DNA of 32,000 bases from Acaryochloris marina S15 (GTDB lineage Bacteria; Cyanobacteriota; Cyanobacteriia; Thermosynechococcales; Thermosynechococcaceae), in the NCBI RefSeq assembly GCF_018336915.1, contig NZ_CP064923.1, positions 3,930,001 through 3,962,000 of the forward strand. Reading direction: 5' to 3'. The position numbers and the translations under genes were made by a program. This document shows positions 16,301-28,400 of the stretch, piece by piece (position 1 is the stretch's first letter; every line of letters starts with the position of its first letter). The notes under the pieces are model-generated. The model saw only the letters and a list, made by a program, of their open reading frames with translations, was not told where the DNA came from and did not search any database.

Positions 16301-19300
16301 ATTATGGTCATCTGGCAATGGCCCTAATCAGCAAGCTTGATGCCAAGTCATTTGAAGCCAAGGTTATTAATGTTTTTGCGTACATTATCAAACCCTTAAA
16401 ATCACATACTAGAGACTCTTTGCCGGACTTAATGCGAGGTTTTCAATGCGGTATAGAGGTAGGAGATTTTGAGTTTTCCGCTTATTGCATTGCCGGATAC
16501 TGCTTATTTTCCTATCTAGTTAGCCAAGACTTGAACGCTCTCAATATAGAACTCAAAAAATATAGTCATGAATTAGAGCGAGTCCAGCAATCTACTGGTC
16601 AATATTGGATCAATATGGTTCAGCAGTCAGTACTCAACCTCATCGGTAGGAGTCAAGATCCGACTGTACTTTGTGGAAGTGCCTATGATGAATCGATCAG
16701 TTTACCCATTCATCATCAAAATAATGACGCTGAAACGTTGCGCTTCTTCTATTTCCATAAGATTGTTCTGAACTATTGGTTTGGTGAATATCAACAAGCA
16801 ATTCAATATTTAACCGAGATTGAACCATATATTGTCTCTAAGCAGGGGACTCCAACGGTTTGTCTCCTGCTGATGTATGATTCTCTAGCCCATTTAGGCG
16901 GGGATAAATCCATACAGGACCAAGATTCTGTTTTAAAGCGGGTGAATCATAATCAGACCAAGCTGCAGAAATGGGCCACTTCAGCGCCGATGAATTATCA
17001 GCATCGTTGGGACTTAGTCGCGGCAGAGAAATACCGTTATGAAGGCCAAAAATTAGAAGCGCTTGAGAAATATGAACAAGCAATTCTCGGAGCGAAGGAA
17101 CATGAATATCTGCAAGAAGAAGCGCTTGCTAATGAGCTAGCCGCTAAGTTTTATCTGGAGTGGGGCAAGGAAAAAATAGCCTCAACTTATATGCAAGCGG
17201 CCTATCACTGTTATGCCCGATGGGGCGCTCAAGCAAAAACGGATGATCTTGAACGACGCTACCCCGAATTAATCCAACCCATCCTGCAGCAAACACCTCG
17301 CTCTTCCCACCCACTGGACACCCTTGCAAAACTTGGCGCACCCAACCTATCCATTCACTCTTCTACTTCAGCCTACTCAACCCAGACCAACCTCAATGCG
17401 ACGTTTGATTTTGCTGCAATTCTCCAAGGTGCCCAAGCCCTTTCAGAAAGTCTACACCTGGATGAATTGCTAGAAAAACTCGCCCCAATGATGCTGCAAA
17501 ACTCAGGTGCAGATCGATTGGTGCTCTTACTCCCCGAAGCTGATGACACTTGGCTTATCAGAGCTACTGCGACGCCTAAAACGATACAACTGTCCTCAGT
17601 TCCCCTTGGTGAGTATCCGGATCTACCCCTGCAACTGATTCAGTTCGTTAAAAATACTCAAGAAGCTCTGGTTGTCGATAATTTAGAAACCGATTTACCC
17701 ATTATTGACAACTATCTGGGAACCCACCAACCCCGGAGTATTCTATGTTTACCGATTTTGCATCAAGGCCATTTGACGGGTCTACTGTACTTGCAGAATC
17801 AATTGGCGTCGGGGGTATTTACATGCGATCGCATCACCGTCCTCAACTTTCTCTGTGCCCAAGCAGGCATCGCGATTGAAAATGCTCGTCTGTATGAGCT
17901 AGAGAAGGATAGAACCACACATTTGGCTGTCTCGGAACGACGTCTTCAAACCTTATTTGACCAAACCGCAGATGCAGTCTTTTTATTGGGCGAACAAGGA
18001 TTTATTGACTGTAACCAGGCTGCCCTTAACCTCCTCGGATATGCCAGTAAGTCTAAAGTATTAGCGCTTCATCCTCATCAGATTTCTCCTGAGCGGCAGC
18101 CTGATGGTCAGCTTTCTGCAGATAAAATGGCACGGTTAAATCAAGAGGCCTTACGAGGAGGAGGTTTAAGGTTTGAATGGCTCACTCGGCATAGTAATGG
18201 AGAAAACTTTTGGGTAGAAATTACCCTCACCCCCATCCAATATCAATCAGAGATGATTCTCCATAGTGTGGTTCGAGATATTAGCGAACGTAAGCAGCTA
18301 GAACAAGAACAGGTCCGCCTCATAGCCGTTCTTGAAGCAACCCCTGATTTTATTGGCATTTCTAATGCTAAAGGGGAGGACGTGTGGTGTAACCAGCAGT
18401 TGGCCAATCTTCGACCAGATCTAGCTGAGCCAAGTCAACGATGTATTTCCAACTTTCATCCGCACTGGGTGAATGACTTAGTAGTGAAGGAAGTACTTCC
18501 TACAGCCATTCAGAAGGGGAGTTGGTCTGGAGAGCTAGCCGCCTTAGATGCTGAGGGGAATGAGATACCGGTTTCACAAGTTGTGATTGCCCATAAAGCC
18601 GCAGATGGAACCGTTGAGAACTTTTCAACGATCATGCGAGATATTAGCGATCATAAACAAGCCGATGAAAACTCCCGCCTGCTTGCATCCGTTGTTGAGT
18701 CGTCAAATGACGCGATTCTGACGAAGAGCTTAGATGGCATAATCACGAGCTGGAATCAAGCTGCCACAAATTTATTCGGGTATTCGGAAGCTGAGGCACT
18801 GGGACAATCTATCTTAATGCTGTTTCCACCAGATCGACTCCAGGAAGAACCCCACATTATTGCTCGTCTTCAGAATAAAGAGTGTATCGAGAACTTTGAA
18901 ACCGTTCGCCTCCACAAAGAGGGTTATCCGATTGATCTTTCAGTCACCATCTCCCCTTTAGTGAATAGGCAGGGTGAGGTCGTTGGGGCGTCCAAAATTG
19001 TCAGAGATATTCGCGATCGCAAAATAGCTGAGGATGCCCTGCGACAAAGCGAAACTAAATTTCGTAATCTGCTCTCAAATCTTGATGGCGTGGTCTATCG
19101 CTGCCAAAACGATGCGAATTGGACCATGGAGTTTATGAGCGATGCCATTACAGTCTTGTCTGGCTATCCCGCTTCGGACTTTATCAATAATCTCAACCGC
19201 ACCTATGTCAGCATTATCCATCCCGATGATGTGGAGCAGGTTAATCAGACCATTAACAAGGAGCTGACTGCACATCACCCCTTTTCAATGGAGTATCGTG

Positions 19301-22257
19301 TCCTCCATCGAGACGGCTCAGTTCGTTGGGTGACTGAGAAGGGAAAGGGGATTTTTAATGCTGAACACCAACTCCAATACGTAGAAGGTGTCATTGTCGA
19401 TATCACCGATCGCAAATGGACAGAACTTGCCCTTCAACTCAGCGAAGCCCGCTCCAATGCAGCCTTTCAGCAAGCTGCCATTGGCATTGCTGAAAGTGAT
19501 GTGCAAGACGGCATCATTACTCGGGCAAATGGTTATTTCTGCGAGATGGTGGGTTATTCTCCAGACGAACTCAGAACGATGACTGCCGCCGATTTGACCC
19601 ACCCGGATGATGTAGAAGAATCTGGCAGACTGATGCAGTTGCTTGACGGTGGCAAAGTCAGTCATTTCACTACCGAAAAGCGATATGTTTGCAAAAATCG
19701 TAGGGTTGTCTGGTCATCTACCACAGTAACCCTCGTGCAGATGCCGGATGGGAATTCCCAATATCTAGCGATGATTCGAAATATTAGCGATCGCAAAGTC
19801 GCAGAACTCGCCCTAAAAGACAGTCAAGCTCAATTTCGACGCATGACTGAGAATATACCGGGGATGATTTATCGCTATGTTTTGCATCCTGATGGTCAGA
19901 ATAAGCTGACGTATATCAGTTCCCAGGTCAGAGAAATATATGAAGTGGAACCAGAAGCGGCACTCCAAGATGCCAGCAAGCTTTGGGAAAGAGTCCATCC
20001 CGATGACCTTCCCCTAGTCAAGGCTGAGGCCCAAATATCTGCTGAAACCTTGCAATCGACCCCGGTCGAATGCCGCCTTCTATTGCCCCACAAAGGGCTG
20101 CGCTGGATTCAATTGATTGCTCGAATAGAACAATTAGATAATGGCGATATCGTTTGGGATGGCGTTGCCCTAGATATCAGCGATCGCAAAGCTGCTGAAG
20201 CTAATCTACGCTTTAGTGAAAAACGATTTCGGCGAGCCATTGAAGGTGCCCCTTTCCCCATCATGCTCCATGCCGAAGATGGTGAAGTTCTTCAAATCAA
20301 TGCGACTTGGACCGAGTTGACGGGTTACAGCCATGCCGACATTCCTACCACTCAAGATTGGGCACAGTATGCCTATGGGGAAGATGCTGCCAGAGTAATC
20401 AAAGAGGTGATGGCCAAAAAGTATACCCTCACCTCTCGCTGGGAAGAAGGTGAATTTACCATTCGAACCCAGGATGGTGACCCACGTCTCTGGCAGTTTA
20501 GCTCCGCTCCCTTAGGAGTTTTACCCGATGGTCGTCGAACGGTGATTTCTATGGCCGTGGATGTCACCCAACGGCGACAGGCTGAAGACAATCTTGAACA
20601 GGCCAATCAGCAGCTAGCAGAATACTCCCACACCCTAGAGCAAAAAGTTGAGGAACGAACCCAGGCGTTCCAAATTGCGAAGGAACAAGCGGATAGTGCC
20701 AACCTGGCGAAAAGTGAATTTCTGGCCAATATGAGCCATGAACTCCGTACACCCCTGAATGGCATTCTGGGTTACGCCCAAATTCTCAATCGTTCTACCA
20801 CCCTGAATGCCAAGGAGCACCACGGCATTACCGTCATCCACCAATGTGGCTCACATTTACTCAGCCTTATAAACGACATCTTAGATCTGGCCAAAATCGA
20901 AGCTCGAAAACTGGAACTTGCACCCGCTGAAACCTATTTGCCTGCTGTGCTTCAAAGTGTTGTTGAAATATGCAAGATCAAAGCCCAGCAAAAAGGCATC
21001 GCTTTTGTCTATGAACCCAGTCATGACCTACCGGGAGGGGTGAGTGTCGATGAAAAATGTCTGCGGCAAGTGTTGATCAATTTATTAGGCAATGCCATCA
21101 AATTTACGGATCATGGAGCGGTTACCCTACAAGTCGAAGTTTTGAGCACCACTGAAACGGAGGCTTCACTATTATTTCAGGTGATGGATACGGGAATTGG
21201 CATTGCTGAGACTGATCTCTCCAAACTCTTTGATGCTTTTGAACAAGTTGGATCTCGCGATCGGCGGGCGGAAGGCACCGGTTTGGGACTTGCCATCAGT
21301 CAACGCCTTGTCCAGCTTATGGGTCACAGCATTCAGGTTAAAAGCCAAGTGGGAATAGGGAGCGAGTTCTCCTTTATGATTAACCTCCCTCTGATCGAGA
21401 ATGGGGTCCGATATCAGTCCATTTTTAACAACCAGGATCGCATTATCGGCTACCAAGGTGAGCGCAAGCGGATTCTCCTTGTGGATGATCATGAAGACAA
21501 TGTCGTCATACTTTGCAACCTCCTGGAACCCCTCGGGTTTAAGGTCGATATCGCTCATGATGACTTAGAGGCTCTAGATAAACTCAGCAATCACCCCGAC
21601 TTGGTGTTAACGGATATATCCATGCCAGTGATGGATAGTTTTAAGCTATTACGGCATATTCGGGATGATGCAGATCTCCAAACCCTCAAGTTCATCGTTT
21701 CCTCAGCCTCCGTCGATCCGGTCTACCAACAGCAAGCATTAGACGTGGGCAGCGATGCATTTCTAGCTAAACCCATTGATGCCCAAGCCTTGTTTCAAAT
21801 CTTTTCTGAACAGCTCAATTTAGACTGGATTTATGAAGTGCTAACCCCCTCACCTGAGCAAAGGGAGGTTGCTTCGCCAGAAATGATATCTGAAGCAACC
21901 CAGACTATCAGATACGCTTCGACCATTGCTCAACAGAGTCTGATCAATGGTCAGCTAGAATTGCCGAGGGTTGATGGAGGGAGGCCGTCTCTAGACGTAC
22001 ACAACTACTCAGTCAAGGGAAAAAAACAGCCTTTAAAAGTGGTTTATCCACCCAAGGATACCTTAGAGAAACTAGTAGATATGGCAAATAAAGGTAGTAT
22101 ATTTGAGATCAAAGATGAACTGTTAGCGATTCATCTTACCCATCCAGAATGTCAATCCTTTTGCCAGGAAATCTTGCATTGGTCAGACCGCTTTGAACTG
22201 AATAAAATTCAAGCCTTTTTACAAGATGCTTACGAAAATCATCGGAATAACAGATAG
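13372..22257 (+). CDS. Giant HstK-type multi-kinase sensor 1: Ser/Thr-kinase-like domain, STAND/AAA ATPase, helical repeat region, GAF, 7 PAS, HisKA-HATPase_c, REC and a C-terminal helical tail
   Basis: Uninterrupted ORF of about 8.9 kb.
- Kinase motifs: [12 protein letters not shown] (from 13777), DFG, APE.
- ATPase: P-loop GFSGIGKT (14377-14400), Walker [11 protein letters not shown].
- GAF at about 17400-17900.
- Seven PAS/PAC units at about 17930-20590, each ending DI[STR][DE][RH]K.
- H-box MSHELRTP (His codon 20737-20739); N/G boxes [22 protein letters not shown].
- REC with Asp codon 21613-21615 (LVLTDISMP).
The start at 13372 is chosen because [17 protein letters not shown] aligns with the N-terminus of paralogue 3; an alternative ATG lies at 13354. 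Confidence 0.9.
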   Translation: MDLSDMRLTPSARLSGYTPLEMLHEGQKTQVYRALRTIDQQSVVIKTTPPQVVLRFSDHLAFRNQFAISHNLDHPGIITTFGLESYDQTYALVMEDIQGIPLSQFLQVSVALKDGLRVALQLAEILHYLGQQRVLHKDIKPANILIHPQTLQVKLIDFGIASLLPKETQEIKNPNTLEGTLAYMAPEQTGRMNRGIDFRSDFYGLGITLFELFSGQLPFQADEPMAWLHCHIAQVPPSLGEFGVPEAVANIVAKLLAKNAEDRYQSALGLKHDLEQCLTQLTEQGRIERFELGKRDVCNRFLIPEKIYGREAEVQSLLDAFERVAEGSSELLLVAGFSGIGKTAVVNEVHKPITQKNGYFIKGKFDQFNRNIPFSAFVQAFRSLMRQLLGESDAQLSSWQAKILAAVGESGQVLIEVIPELERIMGEQPAVPELSGTANQNRFNLLFSKFIQVFAKPAHPLVIFLDDLQWADSTSFTLLKRLMAESEIGHLLIVGAYRDNEVYPAHPLILTLDELDKQNIVLHTLTLQSLHLGHINQWVADALLCTPNIAFPLTQLIYQRTQGNPFFTTQFLQRLHGDGQIIFDCDAAYWQCDLTQLQQLALTNDVVEFMVGRLQQLPEETQDVLKISACMGNQFDLATLATVCKKSQEDIAKALWPSLQLGLVLPESQTYKFMDGNHRILEMERDITIDYRFVHDRVQQAAYLLISPQEIHKIHLKIGRLLLAQLSDSQRDEKIFDIVNHLNLGAELVKQPDERYQLAILNLEATHKALASTAYDAAFEYSKIGREFLSKTAWDTHYQLSLDFCDLGAKSAFLSGNLDTAESISRLVEKHADSIVDCANSYEIRTQIYQSQNQPQRAFDISKNFLNAVGIEFSNIADEKIIENAIHSVNHIRAGRSIEDLVNLRVIDDPSQEIALRTLGKMSVTCFQVNPELFPIVVAKSVYLSLKYGNTEASSIAYSLYAMIMLSVIDDIEAASDYGHLAMALISKLDAKSFEAKVINVFAYIIKPLKSHTRDSLPDLMRGFQCGIEVGDFEFSAYCIAGYCLFSYLVSQDLNALNIELKKYSHELERVQQSTGQYWINMVQQSVLNLIGRSQDPTVLCGSAYDESISLPIHHQNNDAETLRFFYFHKIVLNYWFGEYQQAIQYLTEIEPYIVSKQGTPTVCLLLMYDSLAHLGGDKSIQDQDSVLKRVNHNQTKLQKWATSAPMNYQHRWDLVAAEKYRYEGQKLEALEKYEQAILGAKEHEYLQEEALANELAAKFYLEWGKEKIASTYMQAAYHCYARWGAQAKTDDLERRYPELIQPILQQTPRSSHPLDTLAKLGAPNLSIHSSTSAYSTQTNLNATFDFAAILQGAQALSESLHLDELLEKLAPMMLQNSGADRLVLLLPEADDTWLIRATATPKTIQLSSVPLGEYPDLPLQLIQFVKNTQEALVVDNLETDLPIIDNYLGTHQPRSILCLPILHQGHLTGLLYLQNQLASGVFTCDRITVLNFLCAQAGIAIENARLYELEKDRTTHLAVSERRLQTLFDQTADAVFLLGEQGFIDCNQAALNLLGYASKSKVLALHPHQISPERQPDGQLSADKMARLNQEALRGGGLRFEWLTRHSNGENFWVEITLTPIQYQSEMILHSVVRDISERKQLEQEQVRLIAVLEATPDFIGISNAKGEDVWCNQQLANLRPDLAEPSQRCISNFHPHWVNDLVVKEVLPTAIQKGSWSGELAALDAEGNEIPVSQVVIAHKAADGTVENFSTIMRDISDHKQADENSRLLASVVESSNDAILTKSLDGIITSWNQAATNLFGYSEAEALGQSILMLFPPDRLQEEPHIIARLQNKECIENFETVRLHKEGYPIDLSVTISPLVNRQGEVVGASKIVRDIRDRKIAEDALRQSETKFRNLLSNLDGVVYRCQNDANWTMEFMSDAITVLSGYPASDFINNLNRTYVSIIHPDDVEQVNQTINKELTAHHPFSMEYRVLHRDGSVRWVTEKGKGIFNAEHQLQYVEGVIVDITDRKWTELALQLSEARSNAAFQQAAIGIAESDVQDGIITRANGYFCEMVGYSPDELRTMTAADLTHPDDVEESGRLMQLLDGGKVSHFTTEKRYVCKNRRVVWSSTTVTLVQMPDGNSQYLAMIRNISDRKVAELALKDSQAQFRRMTENIPGMIYRYVLHPDGQNKLTYISSQVREIYEVEPEAALQDASKLWERVHPDDLPLVKAEAQISAETLQSTPVECRLLLPHKGLRWIQLIARIEQLDNGDIVWDGVALDISDRKAAEANLRFSEKRFRRAIEGAPFPIMLHAEDGEVLQINATWTELTGYSHADIPTTQDWAQYAYGEDAARVIKEVMAKKYTLTSRWEEGEFTIRTQDGDPRLWQFSSAPLGVLPDGRRTVISMAVDVTQRRQAEDNLEQANQQLAEYSHTLEQKVEERTQAFQIAKEQADSANLAKSEFLANMSHELRTPLNGILGYAQILNRSTTLNAKEHHGITVIHQCGSHLLSLINDILDLAKIEARKLELAPAETYLPAVLQSVVEICKIKAQQKGIAFVYEPSHDLPGGVSVDEKCLRQVLINLLGNAIKFTDHGAVTLQVEVLSTTETEASLLFQVMDTGIGIAETDLSKLFDAFEQVGSRDRRAEGTGLGLAISQRLVQLMGHSIQVKSQVGIGSEFSFMINLPLIENGVRYQSIFNNQDRIIGYQGERKRILLVDDHEDNVVILCNLLEPLGFKVDIAHDDLEALDKLSNHPDLVLTDISMPVMDSFKLLRHIRDDADLQTLKFIVSSASVDPVYQQQALDVGSDAFLAKPIDAQALFQIFSEQLNLDWIYEVLTPSPEQREVASPEMISEATQTIRYASTIAQQSLINGQLELPRVDGGRPSLDVHNYSVKGKKQPLKVVYPPKDTLEKLVDMANKGSIFEIKDELLAIHLTHPECQSFCQEILHWSDRFELNKIQAFLQDAYENHRNNR

Positions 22258-22306
22258 AAAAAGTGGTCTATTTTATCGTCATATTTACTCGCTTGAATAG
22301 TTAAGT

Positions 22307-22322
22307 CAGATCAGGGAGTTCA
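22307..22322. promoter_or_regulatory. Perfect 16-bp palindrome in the sensor1-sensor2 intergenic region
   Basis: AGTTCAGATCTGAACT is its own reverse complement. It lies 50 nt after the sensor 1 stop and 87 nt before the sensor 2 ATG. Its function is unknown; it could be an operator or a weak hairpin. Confidence 0.2.
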
Positions 22323-22408
22323 GATCTGAACTAATGTTCTGGTGCTCATTCCCCTTTACCAGCCCACACGATTCATCATTTGTTGCTGAGACTAAGGCTT
22401 AGCAGAAT

Positions 22409-25400
22409 ATGACACCTATCATTGATGTGCCCTTACCTTCCATTCCGGGTTATACCCTCTCGGAACAGATCTATGAAGGGCATCACTCTGCTGTCTATCG
22501 GGCTTTTTCTGTCGCCCGGAAGCAATCGGTCATTCTCAAGGTCTTACGGTCTCGGCATCCCAACTTGCGGGAACTGGTTAAATTTCGCAATCAGTTTACC
22601 CTGACACAAAACCTTGATATCCCAGGGGTTGTCACCCCCCTTTGCCTAGTGCCCTGGAACAGCAGCTATGTCCTGGTGATGGCAGATCATCATGCCCTCT
22701 CTCTTCACGACTACTGCCACCATCAGCCCCTGGGCTGGCCTCAGGTTCTGGAACTGGCTCTCCAGTTGGCCGATATTCTCCACCATCTCAGCCAATCGCG
22801 CATTATCCATAAGGATATTAAACCGGCCAATGTCCTGATGCATCCTCATTCGATGGAAGTTTGGCTGATCGATTTCAGTATTGCGTCGTTATTGCCGAAG
22901 GAACGACAGGTCCTCCAGAGTCCAGGAGATTTAGAAGGAACCCTGGCCTACCTGGCTCCCGAACAAACTGGACGCATGAACCGAGGAATTGACTACCGAA
23001 CCGATTTTTATGGGTTGGGGGTGACGCTCTATGAATTACTGACGGGCAAGCTCCCCTTTTTGACCGATGACTGGATGGAACTGATCCATTGTCATCTGGC
23101 CAAGCTACCCCCACCGCCCCATAAGGTGAATCCCCAAATCCCCATTCCAGTTTCCCGACTGGTGCTAAAGTTGATGGCCAAGACTGCGGAAGACCGGTAT
23201 CAAAGTGCGTTGGGGCTGAAGCATGATCTACAGCGGTGTTTGGAGCTGAGTAACGAACAAACTAGTTTTGAAATCTTTGAATTGGGGTTGCGAGATGTTT
23301 GCGATCGCTTCCTGATACCGGAAAAACTCTATGGCCGTGCAATAGAAGTCCAGACCTTGCTCAATGCCTTTGAACGGGTGGCACACGGTTGTTCAGAACT
23401 AGTGCTTGTGGCTGGATTTTCTGGCATTGGCAAAACGGCAGTGGTCCATGAAGTCCATAAGCCCATCACCCAGAAAAAGGGCTATTTCATCCAGGGAAAG
23501 TTTGATCAATTCAATCGCAACATCCCGTTCTCAGCCTTTATACAGGCCTTTCGCGGCCTAATGGGGCAGCTATTGGGTGAATCCGACTCCCGCTTAGACC
23601 GCTGGAAAGCCAAGATCCTAGAAGCGGTGGGGGACAGCGGCCAAGTGTTGCTGGAGGTGATTCCTGAACTGGAGCATATTATTGGTGAGCAGCCCACTGT
23701 CCCAGAATTATCAGGTCTCTCGGCCCAGAATCGATTCAATCGGTTGTTTAGTCAATTCGTCCAGGTGTTTACTACGCCAGAGCATCCCTTAGTCATTTTT
23801 GTGGATGACTTGCAGTGGGTAGATTCCGCTTCATTGAGCCTTCTCAAGTTACTGATGGTTGACGCCCAGGCAGGCCACCTGCTGGTACTGGGCGCTTACC
23901 GAGATAACGAGGTGTTCCCCGCTCATATGCTGATGCTGACGTTGGCTGAGCTAGAGAAACAAGATGCCTCGCTACACACCATCACCTTGGCTCCTCTTGA
24001 GTCTGCCCATGTCAATCAACTGGTCGCCGACACCCTACTGTGTGAACCGGAGGTCGCTGCTCCCTTCTCTAAGTTGGTGTTCCAAAAAACCCAGGGCAAT
24101 CCCTTTTTTATGACCCAATTTCTACAGGGATTGCAGAGTGATGGTCATCTTACGTTTAACCATGATCTGGGCTATTGGCAGTGTGATTTGGCTCAGGTCC
24201 AGCAACTGGCCCTCACCGATGACGTCGTGGCGTTTATGGAAGAGCGATTACAAAAGCTCCCCCTCCTGACCCAAGAGGTTCTAAAACTGGCAGCCTGTAT
24301 CGGTAACCTGTTTGACTTGGCAACCTTGTCTTTGGTTTGCGATCGCACCCCCCAAACCGTCGCCTCAGATCTATGGCCAGCCCTGCAAGCAGGCCTAGTC
24401 ATTCCCGAAAGTGCAATATACAAGTTTTTCCAGGGGGAGAATCGAGATCTCACCGATACAGCAGCCATCACAACCTCCTACCGTTTTCTGCACGATCGGG
24501 TCCAGCAAGCCGCCTACACCTTGATTCCAGATGCGCAAAAGCAGACCACCCATGTCAATATTGGGCGGTCGTTGCTGAAACGGCTGTCCCCCATAGACAT
24601 CGAAGAGCGACTGTTTGATATCGTCAATCATTGGAATGTCGGCATTGCTGCCCTCACCGATCCGGCCGAACAGCAGCAACTCTGCCAGCTCAACCTCAGG
24701 GCAGGAGAAAAAGCCAAGGGGGCGATCGCCTACGATATGGCTCAGCACTATGCAGCAATAGCGGTTCAGTTCCTCCAGCCAGAGAGTTGGCAAACGGATT
24801 ATGCTCAGACGCTAGCCATCCACAACTTGTCTGCCGAAGCCGCCTATCTCAATGGCGATTTTGCCCAAGTCACCTATTGGACTGGGCTGATATTGCAGCA
24901 TACTCAGGGGCTGGATCAAACGAAAGCCTATGAAATCAATATTCTGGCAACGGTGGCCCAAAAACAGTTTTTAGAGGCGATTGAATTAGGTCGACAGGTT
25001 CTTCATCAATTAGATATCGATATTCCTCGGGAGCCCGATGTCCAAGAGATTCAACGGGCCCTCGACGCTACGGCTGAGCTAGTCCCTCAAGCCAAAATTC
25101 AGTCTCTGGTGGATTTACCAGTGATGACTGATCCGAAGTCCCTCGCTGCCCTGCGAATCCTCAATAGCATCGCGGTCAGTGTTTACCTAGCTCAACCCCA
25201 ACTTTTTCCTCTGATTGTCCTGGCTCAAGTCAAACTGTCCATCTTGCATGGCAATGCACCTATCTCCGCAGGAGCCTACGCGCGCTATAGCTTAGTGCTA
25301 TGCGGCAAAGTTAATGATATTGAGACTGGCTATGCCTTTGGCCAATTAGCACTAACCCTTTCAGACCAGTTCGGCAATCGAGAAATTAATACCCGCGTCC

Positions 25401-28400
25401 TCTTGATGGTGGGGGCGTTAACGTTGCCTTGGCAACAGCACCTGAATACGGTCATTCCGTTGCTACAGCAAGCCTACATCGATGGCCTGGAATCGGGCAG
25501 CTTAGAAGCGGCGGCCTTGAGTCATTACTATGAAAGTCAATCTGCGTACCTAGTCGGTCAAGAACTCAGAGAATTTGAGCAGCAAGCACGGCTCTATAGC
25601 GAGCATATTTGTCAGATTAAACAGGCGGTCCATCTTCAGAACAATGAGCTATTACGTCAAGTTGCCCTGAATTTAATGGGGGATGGAGAAAATCCCTGGG
25701 CGTTAAAGGGAGAGGCCTTTGATGAAACGGTGATGCTGTCGCAATATCAAGCCTCCAATAATCTGTTGGGACTGTTCTGCTTCCATCTTCACAAACTGAT
25801 GCTGTGCTATTGGTTTAATCAACCGGAGCAAGCCATAGAACATGCCCAACAGGCAGTGGACTATTTATCTGGGGTGACGGCTCAGGCAACCGTACCGGTC
25901 TTTTACTTTTACGATTCCTTGGCAAGGTTATCTGAGTCTGTTTTCGATGGTGGTTCAGCCACCTTAGAACGGTCAGACCCCAGCTCGAATTTAGAGGTCA
26001 TTCACAAAAATCGCGCCAAGTTAGACCATTGGGCACAATTCTGCCCTGAAAACTTCCAACATAAACTGGACTTAATTGATGCAGAGTATCATGCTCGCTT
26101 GGGCCAAAAGCTGGAAGCAATAGAAGCTTATGACCACGCCATTCAAGGGGCGAAAAAAAATCAGTATGTCCAGGAAGAAGCCCTCGCCAATGAGCTAGCC
26201 GCCAAGTTTTACCTGAATTGGGGAAAAGAACAAGCCGCTGTTGGCTATCTGCAAGCAGCCTACTACTGCTATACCCGCTGGGGGGCCAAAGCTAAAACGG
26301 CTGACTTGGAACGATGTTATCCCCACCTGTTCCAACCCATCCTTCAGCAGTCCACCCAAGGGTCAACGTCCTTGGACACCTTAAACCGTATTGCGCCGCT
26401 GAACCTATCCATTCATTCGTCCACCAGTACGTCTCAACCGTCCACCCAGGGCGTCAATCAAACCCTTGATTTCGCTGCGATTTTGAAATCGGGCCAAGTG
26501 CTATCCACTAGCCTGCATCTAGATGAGCTACTGGAGAAACTGGCACGGATATTGCTCCAGACTTCTGGTGCAGATCGATTACAGCTTCTGCTGCCAGAAG
26601 AGAACGGCGCTTGGCAAATCAGAGTCACTGCCACGCCCGAGACGATGCAACTCGGTTCAATCCCTCTGAACGACCCTGCCAACTTCCCGATTCAACTGAT
26701 TCAATATGTCAAACATACCCAAGAAGTTCTGTGTATTGATGGCTCAGAAGCAGACCATCCCATCGTCGATCAGTACCTCCAGCAACATCAACCTCGTAGC
26801 GTCATCTGTCTTCCCCTCCTGTATCAAGGGAATCTGAATGGTCTACTGTATCTAGAAAATCAATCGGCGGTTGGCGTATTTACGTGCGATCGCATCACCG
26901 TCCTTAACTTCCTCTGTTCTCAAGCCGCCATTTCCCTAGAAAACGCCAGACTTTTTGAATCCGCTACCCTCAAATCCTCCATCATCGAATCCGCCATCGA
27001 TGGCATGGCCATATTAGAAGACGACAAATTTATTTATTTGAATGCAGCCCATATCTCTCTGTTCGGATATGAAGTGGAAGAGTTAATGGGGCAAAGCTGG
27101 GAGAAGCTTTATGCTCCGGTAGAGGTGCAACGTTTGCGCAAAATAATCTTCTCCTCCTTAGCCAAGACAGGGCAATGGTTAGGGGAGGCAACTGCAACTC
27201 GCAAAGATGGCAGTTCTTTTGCCGAAGAGATGAGCGTGTTCCTCCTGGAAGATGGCAAACTCATTTGCATTTGTCGTGATATTAGCGTTCGCAAACAGCT
27301 CGAACTGGAGCAAACCCAGCTATACGAGTCACTTGCCCTCAAATCTTCTGCCATAGAGGCATCGGACGCGGGTATCGCGATTCTCCAGGATGGAAAATAT
27401 ATTTATCTCAACGACAGCCATCTATCCCTGCTAGGTTACGAGCCCCATGAACTAATAGGGGCAAGTTGGGAAATACTTTATGCCCCTGAAGAAGCTGAGC
27501 GATTGAATCAACATATCTTCCCTCAACTGGCTAGCGAGGGACGCTGGCTTGGGGAAGCAACAGCTCGCCGGAAAGATGGGAGTTATTTTCCCCAAGAGGT
27601 GAGTTTGTCTGCATTCAAAGACAACACAGTGATTTGTATTTGCCGAGATATTAGCGATCGCAAACGACTAGAGCAGGATCAATCCCGACTGACTGCTGTT
27701 TTAGAAGCAACCCCTGACTACATTGGGATAGCCAGTGCAACAGGAGAAATCCTCTGGCACAACAGGCAGCTTAGAGCGCTCCGTTCAGATCTAGAACAGC
27801 AGAAAGATCATCGTTCAATTGCAGATTGTCATCCCGATTGGGTCAGGCAAATTATTGTCGAGGAGGCTTTACCCACCGCCATCCAAGCAGGAAGTTGGAC
27901 AGGAGAGTTAGCACTCCTAGATGGCAATGGGAATGAGATCCCTGTTTCACAAGTGATTATTGCCCATAAAGCAGCAGATGGCACTGTAGAAAACTTTTCA
28001 ACGATCATGCGAGATATTCGCGATCGCAAAGCTGCAGAAGCTAATCTACGAGCCAGTGAGCAACGGTTCCGACGGGCCATCGAAGATGCCCCTTTCCCGA
28101 TTATGATCCATGCCGAAGACGGAGAGGTTTTACAGATTAGCTCCACCTGGACCGAATTAACGGGCTACACCCATGCCGATATTCCTACCACAAGGGACTG
28201 GGCTCAGCGTGCCTATGGCACAGATGCCCCTCACATCCTTGAAGTAATGGCGTTGAAATATAGTCGAACCACTCATTGGGATGAAGGTGAGTTTGTTATT
28301 CGAAAAAAAGATGGCGACTACTGCTTCTGGCAGTTTAGTTCTGCTCCCTTAGGGACACTACCCGATGATCGCCGCCTTGTCATTTCCATGGCGGTTGACG

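Noticed and set aside
16838-21558. Antisense or off-frame ORFs nested in sensor 1 (16838-17083, 17144-17341, 19075-19278, 19318-19665, 19388-19582, 19813-19998, 19896-20093, 20373-20606, 20564-20752, 20635-20844, 21172-21558)
   Set aside because: All are embedded in a frame with continuous, strongly recognisable PAS/HisKA/HATPase/REC motifs. Their translations are low-complexity or Arg/Ser-rich with no motifs. They are typical shadow ORFs of a long gene.
22038-22257. Calling the C-terminal tails HPt domains
   Set aside because: No His lies at the HxxKG position in either paralogue (MANKG, FAASG). The resemblance is only positional and helical, so they are reported as an unknown module.
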